Shown here: in pieces, positions 15,067 through 26,374 of the stretch
Numbering within the stretch: the stretch's first letter is position 1
Layout: every line of letters starts with the position of its first letter
DNA from: Corallococcus macrosporus
Lineage (GTDB): Bacteria > Myxococcota > Myxococcia > Myxococcales > Myxococcaceae
Assembly: GCF_017302985.1 (NCBI RefSeq)
Contig: NZ_JAFIMU010000004.1
Coordinates: forward strand, 816,869 to 848,868
DNA length: 32,000 nt
Direction: 5' to 3'
Position numbers and translations under genes: made by a program
The notes under the pieces: generated by a model
The model's input: only the letters and a program-made list of their open reading frames with translations
What the model was told of the DNA's origin: nothing
Database searches by the model: none

Positions 15067-16062
15067 ATGCCCCGGACGCCAGAGCTCAGCCCCCACGCTC
15101 GCCGCACCTATTCGCGCCTGAGCAGCCTGGACCTCTCCGCGTCCGGGGGCGAGTCCCTGTCCCTGGACGACCTGGGTTTGGAGTCCGGCGGCGACCGCGT
15201 GAGCCTGGCGTTCGGCACCTACAGCCGCGAGGGCCTGGAGCGCGCCCTCCAGGCCTATGGCTTCGCGAAGCGCCTGGAGGAGCGGGTGGGCCCCTTCGAG
15301 CTGCGCCTGTCCTGCCAGGACCCGTTCCAGCCGCGCCTCACCGTCCTGAGCCGCCGCTACCACTCGCCCGTCGTGGACCTGTCCCTGCGGCAGGTCCCGG
15401 GCTCGGAGGTGGGCTTCACCCGCGCGGTGGCGGAGGCCCCGCTGCTCTACGTGGACAGCCTCCTGCTGCAGCACCCCGGCCGCCCCTTCGACTGGAGCCG
15501 GCCGCCGCTGCCCGGACAGCTCCACCCCGGCCTGTCGCTGTCGCGCGACATCCTGGAGCTCCTGCACCTCATGGCCCGCCGCATCGGCGCGGAAGGGGTG
15601 GCGCTGGTGCCCGCGACGTTCTCCGCCGCGTGCTTCTACGAGTCACGCTTCAGCTTCGTGGACGGCGCCGCGCAGGGCCGGTTCAGCGCGCTTCGCCGCG
15701 CGGGCCGCGGCTGGCCCCGGTGGCTGCTGGCGTGGGCGGTGGAGCTGGGCTGCATGCGGGACGCGCAGGGACAGCCGGCCCTCTTCACGCCCTCGCCGAT
15801 GATCAGCCCCCTGTCGCGGCGGGTGGCCCGGCGGCTGGACACCGGCGGCTGGCACCGGGCCTTTCGCTTCCACTCGAAGCAGGTGCTGTCGCTGGACGAA
15901 GAGGCGCTGCAGGCGCGCTTCCCCTGGGCCCGCATGCCCCCCGGCCCCCCGCCCGAAAGGGTGGTGGAGCTGCTCGGGTATGATCCGCTGGCGCCCGCGT
16001 CGCCGTACCAGGACGCCTGGGAGCCGGCGGGCGCTGCGCCGCGCACCGCCGCGACGTCCTGA
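15067..16062 (+). CDS. Hypothetical protein
   Basis: 331 aa ORF immediately after greB, codon bias consistent with coding. No family recognised. Confidence 0.75.
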   Translation: MPRTPELSPHARRTYSRLSSLDLSASGGESLSLDDLGLESGGDRVSLAFGTYSREGLERALQAYGFAKRLEERVGPFELRLSCQDPFQPRLTVLSRRYHSPVVDLSLRQVPGSEVGFTRAVAEAPLLYVDSLLLQHPGRPFDWSRPPLPGQLHPGLSLSRDILELLHLMARRIGAEGVALVPATFSAACFYESRFSFVDGAAQGRFSALRRAGRGWPRWLLAWAVELGCMRDAQGQPALFTPSPMISPLSRRVARRLDTGGWHRAFRFHSKQVLSLDEEALQARFPWARMPPGPPPERVVELLGYDPLAPASPYQDAWEPAGAAPRTAATS

Positions 16063-16247
16063 GCGGCCGCTGTAGCGCCCTGTTCCGTCGGAAAGGGGCC
16101 GTGCTGTTTCGGACGGACCTTCGCGCTTTCAGACGGGAATGCGGCTGGTGGCCTCTCGTTCGGTGCCTATATTGAGAGCCGTTGGTCCTCCACCGTCGCT
16201 CGCCGTCAGCAATCGCACCCGAACCAGGTCAGGTCGCGAAGCCCACG

Positions 16248-17567
16248 ATGCGAAAGAACTTCATCCTCGACACGAACGTCCTCCTCCATGACCCCCGCAG
16301 CATCTACGGGTTCAAGGACAACAACGTCATCATCCCCATCTACGTCATCGAGGAGATTGATCAGTTCAAGCGCGATCTCTCCGAGCTGGGGCGCAACGCG
16401 CGACTGGTGGCGCGCTACCTGGACTCCTTCCGCGCCGAAGGCTCCATGAAGGAGGGCGTCCCGCTGCCGCACGGCGGGATGCTCCGCGTGGCCTTCACCG
16501 ACCGTTCGCTGCCGTCCTCCATGGCGGACAGCAACCTGGTGGACAACCGCATCCTCGCGGTGGCCCTGGACCTGATGGAGACGGAGCCGGACACCCAGGC
16601 CGTCTTCATCACCAAGGACACCAACCTGCGCATCCGCGCCGACGCCCTGGGCCTGTCCGCCCAGGACTTCGACACCGAGCGCGTCGAGATCACCGACCTC
16701 TACACGGGCTTCACGGAGCTGCTCGTCCCCACGGACATGGTGGATCAGCTCTACAAGCCCGGCGGCGAGGTGGAGGTGCCGGCGCAGGACCGGCTCTTCC
16801 CCAACCAACTGGTGCTGCTCAAGGACGAGCTCAACCCGTCCCACACCGCCATGGCCCGCTTCAACGGCGCCAAGGCACGGCTCGTGCCGCTCGCGCGCCA
16901 GAGCAAGGAAGGCACCTGGGGCATCCGCCCGCGCAACATGGAGCAGGCCTTCTGCCTGGACCTCCTGCTCAACGACGAGATCAAGCTCGTGACCATCGTG
17001 GGCAAGGCCGGCACGGGCAAGACGCTGCTCGCCATCGCCGCGGGCCTGCAGAAGGTGACGGAGGAGGGGCTGTACCACAAGCTGCTGGTCAGCCGTCCCA
17101 TCTTCCCCCTGGGCCGGGACATCGGCTACCTGCCGGGCAGCGTCGAGGAGAAGCTCAACCCCTGGATGCAGCCCATCTTCGACAACGTCGAGTTCCTCAT
17201 GAACCTGAGCCGCGCGGACAAGAAGGCCGGGCGCGGCCACCATGAGCTCATCGACCTGGGGCTGATGGAGATCGAGCCGCTCACGTACATCCGCGGGCGC
17301 AGCATCCCCAACCAGTTCATCATCGTCGACGAGGCGCAGAACCTCACCCCGCACGAGGTGAAGACCATCCTCACCCGCGTGGGCGACAACACGAAGATCA
17401 TCCTCACCGGCGACCCGTTCCAGATCGACAACCCGTACGTGGACTCGACGAACAACGGCCTGGTGCACGTGGTCAACCGCTTCAAGAACGAGAAGATCGC
17501 CGGCCACATCACCATGGCCAAGGGCGAGCGCAGCATGCTGGCCGAGTTGGCGGCCAACCTGCTGTAG
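16248..17567 (+). CDS. PIN domain-PhoH family ATPase
   Basis: MRKNFILDTNVLLHDPRSIYGF (PIN domain) plus GKAGTGKTLLAIAAGLQ (Walker A), FIIVDEAQNLTPHEVKTILTRVG and DPFQIDNPYVDSTNNGL, typical of PhoH. Confidence 0.95.
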   Translation: MRKNFILDTNVLLHDPRSIYGFKDNNVIIPIYVIEEIDQFKRDLSELGRNARLVARYLDSFRAEGSMKEGVPLPHGGMLRVAFTDRSLPSSMADSNLVDNRILAVALDLMETEPDTQAVFITKDTNLRIRADALGLSAQDFDTERVEITDLYTGFTELLVPTDMVDQLYKPGGEVEVPAQDRLFPNQLVLLKDELNPSHTAMARFNGAKARLVPLARQSKEGTWGIRPRNMEQAFCLDLLLNDEIKLVTIVGKAGTGKTLLAIAAGLQKVTEEGLYHKLLVSRPIFPLGRDIGYLPGSVEEKLNPWMQPIFDNVEFLMNLSRADKKAGRGHHELIDLGLMEIEPLTYIRGRSIPNQFIIVDEAQNLTPHEVKTILTRVGDNTKIILTGDPFQIDNPYVDSTNNGLVHVVNRFKNEKIAGHITMAKGERSMLAELAANLL

Positions 17568-17601
17568 AGCGCCCGGGCCCCGTGCCTGCTAGAGACGAGT
17601 C

Positions 17602-17919
17602 ATGACCCAGGACGGCACCGACAAGCCCGACACCCCCGGCGAGGAGAAGAAGCCCCTCGTCGAGTACCCCTCCGTCTACGAGTACAAGGTGATGGGCAAG
17701 GCGACGGTCGAGGAGACGGCCGAGTTCGAGGAACACGTGCGCTCGCTCTTCCGGCGGAAGATGGGGATGGAGGTATCCCCGGACTCCATCCACGTGCAGC
17801 ACAGCCGCAAGGGGAAGTTCGTGTCCCTGAGCGTGTCCGTGCTGCTGCTCTCCGAAGAGCAGCGCCGGGGCATCTACGAGGCGCTGCACCAGGATCCGCG
17901 CATCGTCTACTACCTGTGA
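17602..17919 (+). CDS. DUF493 (YbeD-like) family protein
   Basis: 105 aa: EYPSVYEYKVMGKATVEETAEFEEHVRSLF...VQHSRKGKFVSLSVSVLLLSEEQRRGIYEALHQDPRIVYYL. Confidence 0.8.
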   Translation: MTQDGTDKPDTPGEEKKPLVEYPSVYEYKVMGKATVEETAEFEEHVRSLFRRKMGMEVSPDSIHVQHSRKGKFVSLSVSVLLLSEEQRRGIYEALHQDPRIVYYL

Positions 17920-18007
17920 GGCAGGCGGTGCGCGGGCGGATGCCCCAGGGGGGCCTGGGCCCCTCCGGCGGCTGGAAGTCCGGCCAGGGTGCGTATATGA
18001 GGGTGGA

Positions 18008-18769
18008 ATGAGTCCCGCCGAGCACTTCCCGCTGTACCACCCGCCGGGGGCGCAGCGCGCGTTCGGATCCGACGACGCCGTGCGCCGCTTCGCCAAGGTG
18101 GCCCAGCTCGAGCAGGGCTCGCGCGTGCTGGTGCTCGGCTGTGGGCCGGAGGGCGGCGCCGCCGTGCTGCTCGCCCAGGAGCTGAAGTGCTCCGTGGTGG
18201 CCGTGGACACGGAGGAGACCCTGGTGTCCCCCGTGCGGGAGCGCGTGCGTTCCCAGGGCTTGTCGGATCGCATCGAGGTGCGCCGCGTGGCGCCGGACGC
18301 GCTGGGCATGCTGGACGGCCCGTTCCACGGCATCCTCGTGCCGGGGCGCGTGCAGTACCCGCTGGACGTGTCGCTGCGCGTGTTCCGCCCGCTGCTGGGC
18401 AAGCGCGGCCGCGTGGGCTTCACCTTCCCGGCGCGCGTGGGCCGCTTCACGCCCAAGCCCGTGCTGGACTGGTGGGAGAAGCGCCTGGGCGCGCCGCTGC
18501 TGCTGCCGCGCGAACTGCTCCAGGCGCTGGAGACCTCCGGCTTCGAGCCGGAGTCCGTGGAGTCGCTGCACGACACGGAGCTGGACGCGCTCTACAAGGA
18601 CATGGAAGCGCACCTGCCGGAAGCGGCCTCGCCGGAGAGCGCCGCCTTCCGCGAGGAGCTGGCCCTGCACCGCGAGCACAACCAGCGGCCGGGCGTCAGC
18701 TACGCGTTCGCCGTGGGGCGGCGCAAGGAGCCGGGTGAGAAGCCCCCGGCGTCGCGCGATCGCGGCTGA
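18008..18769 (+). CDS. Class I SAM-dependent methyltransferase
   Basis: VLVLGCGPEGGAAVLLAQELKCSVVAVDTEE and ALGMLDGPFHGILVPG fit Rossmann methyltransferase motifs. Confidence 0.82.
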   Translation: MSPAEHFPLYHPPGAQRAFGSDDAVRRFAKVAQLEQGSRVLVLGCGPEGGAAVLLAQELKCSVVAVDTEETLVSPVRERVRSQGLSDRIEVRRVAPDALGMLDGPFHGILVPGRVQYPLDVSLRVFRPLLGKRGRVGFTFPARVGRFTPKPVLDWWEKRLGAPLLLPRELLQALETSGFEPESVESLHDTELDALYKDMEAHLPEAASPESAAFREELALHREHNQRPGVSYAFAVGRRKEPGEKPPASRDRG

Positions 18770-18835
18770 CAGCGGCAGGGGCTTGAAGCGTGGGGGAGGG
18801 GCCCGGAGGTTCTTCGGGCCCTTCAACCGCCGGGA

Positions 18836-19924
18836 CTACTGCACGCCGTTGAAGTCGAGCAGCTCGATGGACTCGGGCGCCACGGACAGCGTGACCTGCT
18901 CGCGGTAGCCGGCCGCGTCGCCGCCGACCTGGAAGGGCATGGGGCGCGCGAAGCGGATGGTGACCTCGCGGGCGTGGAAGTCGTGCAGGCCCTCGGGCGC
19001 CCAGCGGCCGTTCCACAGGCGGGGCAGGTTCGCCAGCACCTGCGTGGGCGACACCTGGCCCAGGCGCAGCTGCAGGAAGCCCCGGCGGTCATTCGCGTGG
19101 GGGAACATGCGGAAGCCGTAGCCGTAGAAGGGCATGGTGCCCGCGGCGGCCATCATCAGCTTGCCCCGGAAGAGCACGGCGCCCGGCGCCAGCGGCCCGC
19201 CCACGGCCTGGCCTTCGGCGCCCAGGCGGTAGGCCTCCGACGGCCCGTTGACGACTTCGCACTCCACCAGCACGGAGCTGGTGAGGTAGTGCGGCACCGT
19301 CTTGAAGGCCACCGCGGAGAAGTAGCCGCCACCGCCGGACATGACCCGCTTGAACATGCCCTTGCCCAGCGACTCCTTCACGGAGATGTAGTCGTTGAGC
19401 ACCTTGCCATCCACGCCCAGGCCCGCGAAGGGCGCGCGCTGGCCGTCCACCTGCACCAGGTCCATGGTGCGAACGCCGGGCACTTCCGCCGCGCGGGCGC
19501 GCACCACGTCGTTGAGGATGCCGTCGCCGCGCGTGCTGGACGCGTTGACGAACGCCGCGATGCCGTTGCCCGTGCCCAGCTTGAGGATGCCGAAGCGCGG
19601 CGCGCTCTGGCCGGCGAACTTCCCGCGCGGGCCCACCTGCTGCAGCACCTCGTTCACGAAGCCCATGAAGGTGCCGTCGCCGCCGCCCGTGAAGACCGTG
19701 GGGTAGCCCCGCTCCAGCACCGTCTGCGCGATGCGGCGCGCGTCCAGCGGCGAGCGCGACAGGAACAGGTCCTCTTCCGGCACCACGTGCGACAGCAGCT
19801 TGACGACCCGGGCATCCACCTTGCGGGCGTTCGCGTTCAGCAGCACCGCGACCTTCGGTTCGGCGGACGGCTGCGCCGCCGGCGAGCGGCGGAAGTCCGT
19901 GGAACGGAGGGGCTGAACCAGCAT
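18836..19924 (-). CDS. Diacylglycerol kinase / lipid kinase family protein
   Basis: From ATG 19924: KVAVLLNANARKVDARVVKLL...VFTGGGDGTFMGFVNEV...LGTGNGIAAF motifs. Confidence 0.93.
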   Translation of the reverse strand: MLVQPLRSTDFRRSPAAQPSAEPKVAVLLNANARKVDARVVKLLSHVVPEEDLFLSRSPLDARRIAQTVLERGYPTVFTGGGDGTFMGFVNEVLQQVGPRGKFAGQSAPRFGILKLGTGNGIAAFVNASSTRGDGILNDVVRARAAEVPGVRTMDLVQVDGQRAPFAGLGVDGKVLNDYISVKESLGKGMFKRVMSGGGGYFSAVAFKTVPHYLTSSVLVECEVVNGPSEAYRLGAEGQAVGGPLAPGAVLFRGKLMMAAAGTMPFYGYGFRMFPHANDRRGFLQLRLGQVSPTQVLANLPRLWNGRWAPEGLHDFHAREVTIRFARPMPFQVGGDAAGYREQVTLSVAPESIELLDFNGVQ

Positions 19925-20256
19925 GGACGACTCCAGGGGGGCGGGGAGCGGTATGACAGCGCTGACGCGGTTTGGACTGTGCACTTTTCTCGCCAACCCC
20001 TGACGCGCGGCGTTAGCCGGGCCGCCTGATGTGATTTCGAGGGGTTGAACGGTCCGCTGGTGTCCAATATGCCCGCCCGGTTGCTACCGCGGGGTGACGG
20101 CGGTGTAGAGCGCGTTACGCACCCGTGGCGTCCGGATGGCGTTCAGGTGACGCAGCGCCTCCTGGAGGCCTGGGGGCCCTGCGCACTGCGCTACGCAGCA
20201 GCCGTCATCACCTTTGCGCTGGGTGCCCGGGCCTACGGGGAAACCCGTCCTCGCGT

Positions 20257-20284
20257 TTGACACGCCGGGGGGGGTGGTTACGTT
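20257..20284 (+). promoter_or_regulatory. Candidate sigma-70-type promoter upstream of dnaK
   Basis: TTGACA (20257-20262), 16 nt spacer, TACGTT (20279-20284). Pattern only. Confidence 0.35.
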
Positions 20285-20340
20285 GGGCATACATCGGGAT
20301 TTCGCAGGAAAAACGCAGTCATTTCCAGAGGATGGGAACC

Positions 20341-22254
<1,914 letters not shown>

Positions 22255-22294
22255 GGCCGTGAGCCGCCCGCCGCCTGGCGGGGGCTGAAGTCCG

Positions 22295-22335
22295 AGGGCC
22301 GGTGCTCCGACGAGGGGCGCCGGCCTTCGTCTTTT
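22295..22335 (+). terminator. Probable intrinsic terminator of dnaK
   Basis: GGCCGGTGC / GCGCCGGCC inverted repeat (one G-U) followed by TTCGTCTTTT, 40 nt after the dnaK stop. Confidence 0.55.
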
Positions 22336-22463
22336 CGGACGGGTGTGCCGGACGCGGGATGAGGGCCGGGAGCAACCCCGCGATTTCACGCAGGCCCTGG
22401 CTGGCGAAGGCACTGCAAGGGGCGGACGGGGTCCTCGCTGTCCTCCACGAAGGTGTCCGCTCC

Positions 22464-23321
22464 ATGTCCCGCATCGACTCGCTGCTGTCCGCCGTCCTCC
22501 CGGACGTCACCGCTCCTGAAGCCACGTCCGCTTCCTCGGCCCCGCGCTCGAAGGAGCCTTCACGGACGACGGCCGCTCCGGCCAACTCCGTGGAGGTGTT
22601 TCGGGGTTCAGCCTCGCCGGCCACGGGTCCCGCGCGGACAGCGCCGGCAGCGCCCCGGACGCGGGAGGGCAATGGCTTCGACTTCGGCGTGGGCGGCGCG
22701 TTCCCGCCGAGGCCCACGGGCTCCGTGCAGGAGCAGGTGAAGCAGGGGGCGCGGCTCATGGAGCAGACCCAGGCCGCGGCCTTCAGCGTGACGTTCGAGC
22801 CGGGGCCCGCGATGGATGCCTATGCGCGCAAGCAGCTGGGGCACCTGGATCCGAGCCCTCCCATCGCGGGCGCGCCCACGGCGCTCACGGACTACACGAG
22901 CACCCTCCCCGGCGTGTCCGCGAAGGCGGCCTTCGAGGCCTTCGTCAGCAACCCGGAGCTGCTCTTCGGCGCGGCGGGCATCTCGCTGCGGCCGGCGGCG
23001 AGCGTGCTGACGGACGGCGCCCGGCTGTTCCTGGAGGAGAAAGGGCCGCCGCCGGTGTGGGCGCCCATCGTGGTGAAGCTCAACGAGACGGAGCGCGTCG
23101 TCCACATCACCACCCTGGATGGACACCCGCTGCGGGGCACCAACCAGTTCGTCTTCGACGACGACGGCAGCGGAGGCACGCGCATCCGACAGTACTCTGC
23201 CTTCCAGGGCAGCTCTCCGGCGACGTCGGTGGGCCTCGCGCTGATGGATCCTATTGAACGGCAGCACGACATCTGGCGCAGCGTGCACGGACAACTGCAT
23301 GAGATGCTCAAGCCGCGTTGA
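22464..23321 (+). CDS. Hypothetical protein
   Basis: From ATG 22464, MSRIDSLLSAVLPDVTAPEATSASS..., ~285 aa. Codon bias coding-like. No family recognised. Confidence 0.75.
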   Translation: MSRIDSLLSAVLPDVTAPEATSASSAPRSKEPSRTTAAPANSVEVFRGSASPATGPARTAPAAPRTREGNGFDFGVGGAFPPRPTGSVQEQVKQGARLMEQTQAAAFSVTFEPGPAMDAYARKQLGHLDPSPPIAGAPTALTDYTSTLPGVSAKAAFEAFVSNPELLFGAAGISLRPAASVLTDGARLFLEEKGPPPVWAPIVVKLNETERVVHITTLDGHPLRGTNQFVFDDDGSGGTRIRQYSAFQGSSPATSVGLALMDPIERQHDIWRSVHGQLHEMLKPR

Positions 23322-23348
23322 CATACTGGGCCCTGGGGGAGGTGACGC

Positions 23349-23756
23349 ATGACGACGCTCCAGACGACACCGCCGGGACACGACGTGGTCCTCTACGACA
23401 GCCACTGCCGCGTGTGCAGCGGCGCCGCGCGGGAGATGCGCAAGCTGGTGGGCGGGCAGGGCACGCAGCTGCTCTCGTTCCGCGACGAGGGCGTGCTGGA
23501 CGCCTTCCCGGGCGTGAGCTTCGAGCGCTGTGAGAAGGCCATGCAGCTCATCCAGGCGGATGGCCGGGTCCTGGAGGGCGCGGAGGCCATCGTCCGCGCG
23601 CTGGGCAGGCGGCCCCTGGGGCGGCTGCTCTACGTGTACTACGTGCCGGGCTTCAAGCAGCTGGCGGACGCGGTGTATGGGGTGGTGGCCCGCTACCGCT
23701 TCCGCATCGCGGGTCGCGACTGCCCCGACGGGGCCTGCGCGGTGCACTTCAAATAG
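23349..23756 (+). CDS. DCC family thiol-disulfide oxidoreductase-like protein (DUF393)
   Basis: HDVVLYDSHCRVCSGAAREMRKLVGG with CxxC, and LGRLLYVYYVPGFKQLADAVYGVVARYRFRI. Confidence 0.9.
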   Translation: MTTLQTTPPGHDVVLYDSHCRVCSGAAREMRKLVGGQGTQLLSFRDEGVLDAFPGVSFERCEKAMQLIQADGRVLEGAEAIVRALGRRPLGRLLYVYYVPGFKQLADAVYGVVARYRFRIAGRDCPDGACAVHFK

Positions 23757-23807
23757 GGGGAGGGGCGCGGGTAGCATGCGGCCTTCCCCGCAGCCCCTGG
23801 CCCCTTC

Positions 23808-26339
23808 GTGACTTCGCCTCCTCCGAACCTGCAGGCCGCCCAGTCCTTTCGCCGCTTCTTCGGGGAGCTGCGGGAGACGTACCTGGAGCGCGAAACGCTG
23901 TTCACGCAGATTGAGCTGGCGCTGCTCTGCCGCGAGCACGTGCTGGTGGTGGGGCCGCCCGGGACGGCGAAGAGCGCGGTCGCCAGCGCCGTCCTGGGAC
24001 GCATCACCGACGAGGTGTCCGGGCTGCCGTCGCTGTTCTCCAAGCAGATCGCGGAGACGACGCTGCAGACGGACCTCATCGGTCCGGTGGACTTCAAGGT
24101 GCTCACGGAGACGGGCCGCACCGAGTACCTCACCGACGAGGGCATGCTGGGGGCGGTGCACGCGTTCCTGGACGAGGTCTTCGACGGCCGGGACATGCTG
24201 CTGCGCTCCATCCTCAACGTGATGTACGAGCGCGAGCTGAAGCATGGCCGCAAGGTGACGGCGGGCCGCACCGAGTGCGTGGTGATGACGAGCAACCGGT
24301 ACCTCACGGAGGTGCTGGCGCGCTCGCCGGAGCTGCTGCTGGCGTTCGCGGACCGGTTGAGCTTCATCAGCTTCGTGCCCAAGGCCTTCGCCCGGCGGGA
24401 GAGCCGGGCCGCCATGCTGCACCGCTTCGTGCACGGGACGCGGCCGGACCTGCGCGCCACGCTGACGCTCCAGCAGTTGGACCTGCTCCAGGACGCGGTG
24501 GCCCAGGTGAAGGTGCCCGGCCACGTGCTGGAGGGCGTGGAGATGCTGACGGACGCGCTGGAGCGCGCGCTCGTGGCGCAGGTGTCGAAGCTGCCGGACT
24601 ACGTGCCCACGAAGTACTTCTCCCAGCGCTCGGTGGTGAAGGCGCTCTGGACGCTGAAGGCCGCGGTGGTGCGCGATCAGATCTACCGCCGTCCGGACCG
24701 GCCGCTCGAGGCGACGGTGGAGGACCTGGACGCGCTGCGCTGGTTCTTCCTCCTGGGCGGCCCGCCCGCGGCGGAGGCGGACGCGCTGCTCAAGGCGGCG
24801 GTGGACCCGCGTGAGCGGGCGCAGCTGGAGATCGTCCGGCTGGAGCAGCGCACCTTCGACGAGGTCCTGGGCAAGGTGCGCCAGGAGCTGGGCGGCGGCG
24901 TGGAGCGCGAGGCGACGACGCTCGCGGCCGCGGATGACGTGAATGCCGCGGAGGGCCTGAGCCGCAACTGGCAGGCGGGCGTGGTGTCCAGCACCGCGCG
25001 CGGGGTGCTGGGGAAGCTGGTGCCCGGTCCTCGCCACGGACAGAACCGGGCCCCGCTGCTGGTGGCGGCGCGCGCGCTGGTGGCGGCCCTGGAGCAGCGG
25101 CTGTCGCGGGGCATGACGGCGGGGCAGGGCGAGGGGCGCGGCGGGGTGTCGCTGCTCATCGCCATCCGCGACGTCCTGGAGCTGTGCCGGGCGGTGCCGG
25201 AGCTGAAGCCGGGCTACCCCGCGCTGTGCGAGGCGTCCGCGCGGTTCCTGGAGCAGGCGCTGGAGATGAGCGCGTCCGCGGCGGAGGGGCTCGCGTTCGA
25301 GGACAGCGTCAAGATGGAGTGGCTGGTCGGGCTCGCGGAGAACCTGGAGGAGGAGCTGGGCGTGATGGGCTCGCTGGCGGCGATGCTCAGCGAAGCGGTG
25401 CCCTCCCTCCACGAACGGCTGCGCGACGCGGACCGGGACACGCGCCGCCGGGTGGTGGCCGCGCTCCGGCGCAGGGTTTCGGCGGCGTTCCCCGCGCAGA
25501 CGCCCCGGGGCCGCAAGGATCCGCTGGACGCGCTGTCCGCGGACTCGCGGCGCCTCACCCAGTTGGAGAACGCCCTGACGGCGCTGGACCCCTCGCAGGC
25601 CGGGTTGAAGCAGGAGCTGCTCCGGCCGCTGAGCGTGGCGTACGCGCGCGAGGTGCTGGGCGCCACGCCGTTCGAGCGCATCGAGCAGTACGGCCGCGCG
25701 GTGCAGGCGGTGGCGGAGAACCTGCGGCGCGAGGGCGTGACGGCGGAGCCGGTGCTCGCCGAGTGCCGCGACCTGATGGAGAACCGCCTCCGGGAGCACG
25801 CTCGCGTGCTGTCGCGCGAGGTGGCGAGTCCTCCTCCAGCCCCGAACGCCGTGCTCAACGGCGACGCGTACACCTACTACCGGGGCGAGCTGTCCGCGCA
25901 GGCTCCCGACGGCGAGCTGTCCGCGCTGGTGGGCCTGGACGGACAGTTGATGGCGGCGCGTCCCCCGTCGGCCGCGGCGTTCCTCTCCGACACGGTGCGC
26001 GCGGCGGTGGCCGAGGCGGAGCTGTCCTTCCTCCAGTCGCGCATCAAGTACCTGCGCAGCTGGCTGACGCAGTTGCTGACCGCGCTGCCCGCGCCGGAAG
26101 CGCTCAACGGCCGTGCGGACGCGGAGCGTACCTTCGAACGGCTGGTGCGCAGCCGCTTCCCCCAGCTCGCGCTCAAGGAGGGCGAGCTGGTGCGGCTCAA
26201 GGCCACCCTGGGCATGCTGGAGACGCTCCCGGGCGAGCTGGGCGAGAGCGCGCGCAAGCTGTCCGCGCAGCTTCGCGGCATCGATGAGGACTTCGGACGC
26301 TTCAGCCGGCAGGTGCTGGAGCGGCGGACCGCGCAGTGA
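23808..26339 (+). CDS. MoxR-family AAA+ ATPase with long C-terminal extension
   Basis: VLVVGPPGTAKSAVASAVLGRI (Walker A), AFLDEVFDGRDMLLRSILNVMYERELKHGR, VMTSNRYLTEVLARSPELLLAFADRLSF. GTG start. Confidence 0.92.
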   Translation: MTSPPPNLQAAQSFRRFFGELRETYLERETLFTQIELALLCREHVLVVGPPGTAKSAVASAVLGRITDEVSGLPSLFSKQIAETTLQTDLIGPVDFKVLTETGRTEYLTDEGMLGAVHAFLDEVFDGRDMLLRSILNVMYERELKHGRKVTAGRTECVVMTSNRYLTEVLARSPELLLAFADRLSFISFVPKAFARRESRAAMLHRFVHGTRPDLRATLTLQQLDLLQDAVAQVKVPGHVLEGVEMLTDALERALVAQVSKLPDYVPTKYFSQRSVVKALWTLKAAVVRDQIYRRPDRPLEATVEDLDALRWFFLLGGPPAAEADALLKAAVDPRERAQLEIVRLEQRTFDEVLGKVRQELGGGVEREATTLAAADDVNAAEGLSRNWQAGVVSSTARGVLGKLVPGPRHGQNRAPLLVAARALVAALEQRLSRGMTAGQGEGRGGVSLLIAIRDVLELCRAVPELKPGYPALCEASARFLEQALEMSASAAEGLAFEDSVKMEWLVGLAENLEEELGVMGSLAAMLSEAVPSLHERLRDADRDTRRRVVAALRRRVSAAFPAQTPRGRKDPLDALSADSRRLTQLENALTALDPSQAGLKQELLRPLSVAYAREVLGATPFERIEQYGRAVQAVAENLRREGVTAEPVLAECRDLMENRLREHARVLSREVASPPPAPNAVLNGDAYTYYRGELSAQAPDGELSALVGLDGQLMAARPPSAAAFLSDTVRAAVAEAELSFLQSRIKYLRSWLTQLLTALPAPEALNGRADAERTFERLVRSRFPQLALKEGELVRLKATLGMLETLPGELGESARKLSAQLRGIDEDFGRFSRQVLERRTAQ

Positions 26340-26374
26340 GCGCCGGGGCCATGCACGGAAGGCGGCGCTGAGGC

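Noticed and set aside
16206-17507. - strand 433 aa ORF opposite the PhoH-like gene
   Set aside because: Shadow of a strongly supported PhoH-like CDS; low-complexity His/Arg/Val composition.
17600-18826. - strand ORFs (17509..18576 and 17600..18826) over the DUF493 and methyltransferase genes
   Set aside because: Overlap well-supported + strand genes; Arg/Pro-rich composition without motifs.
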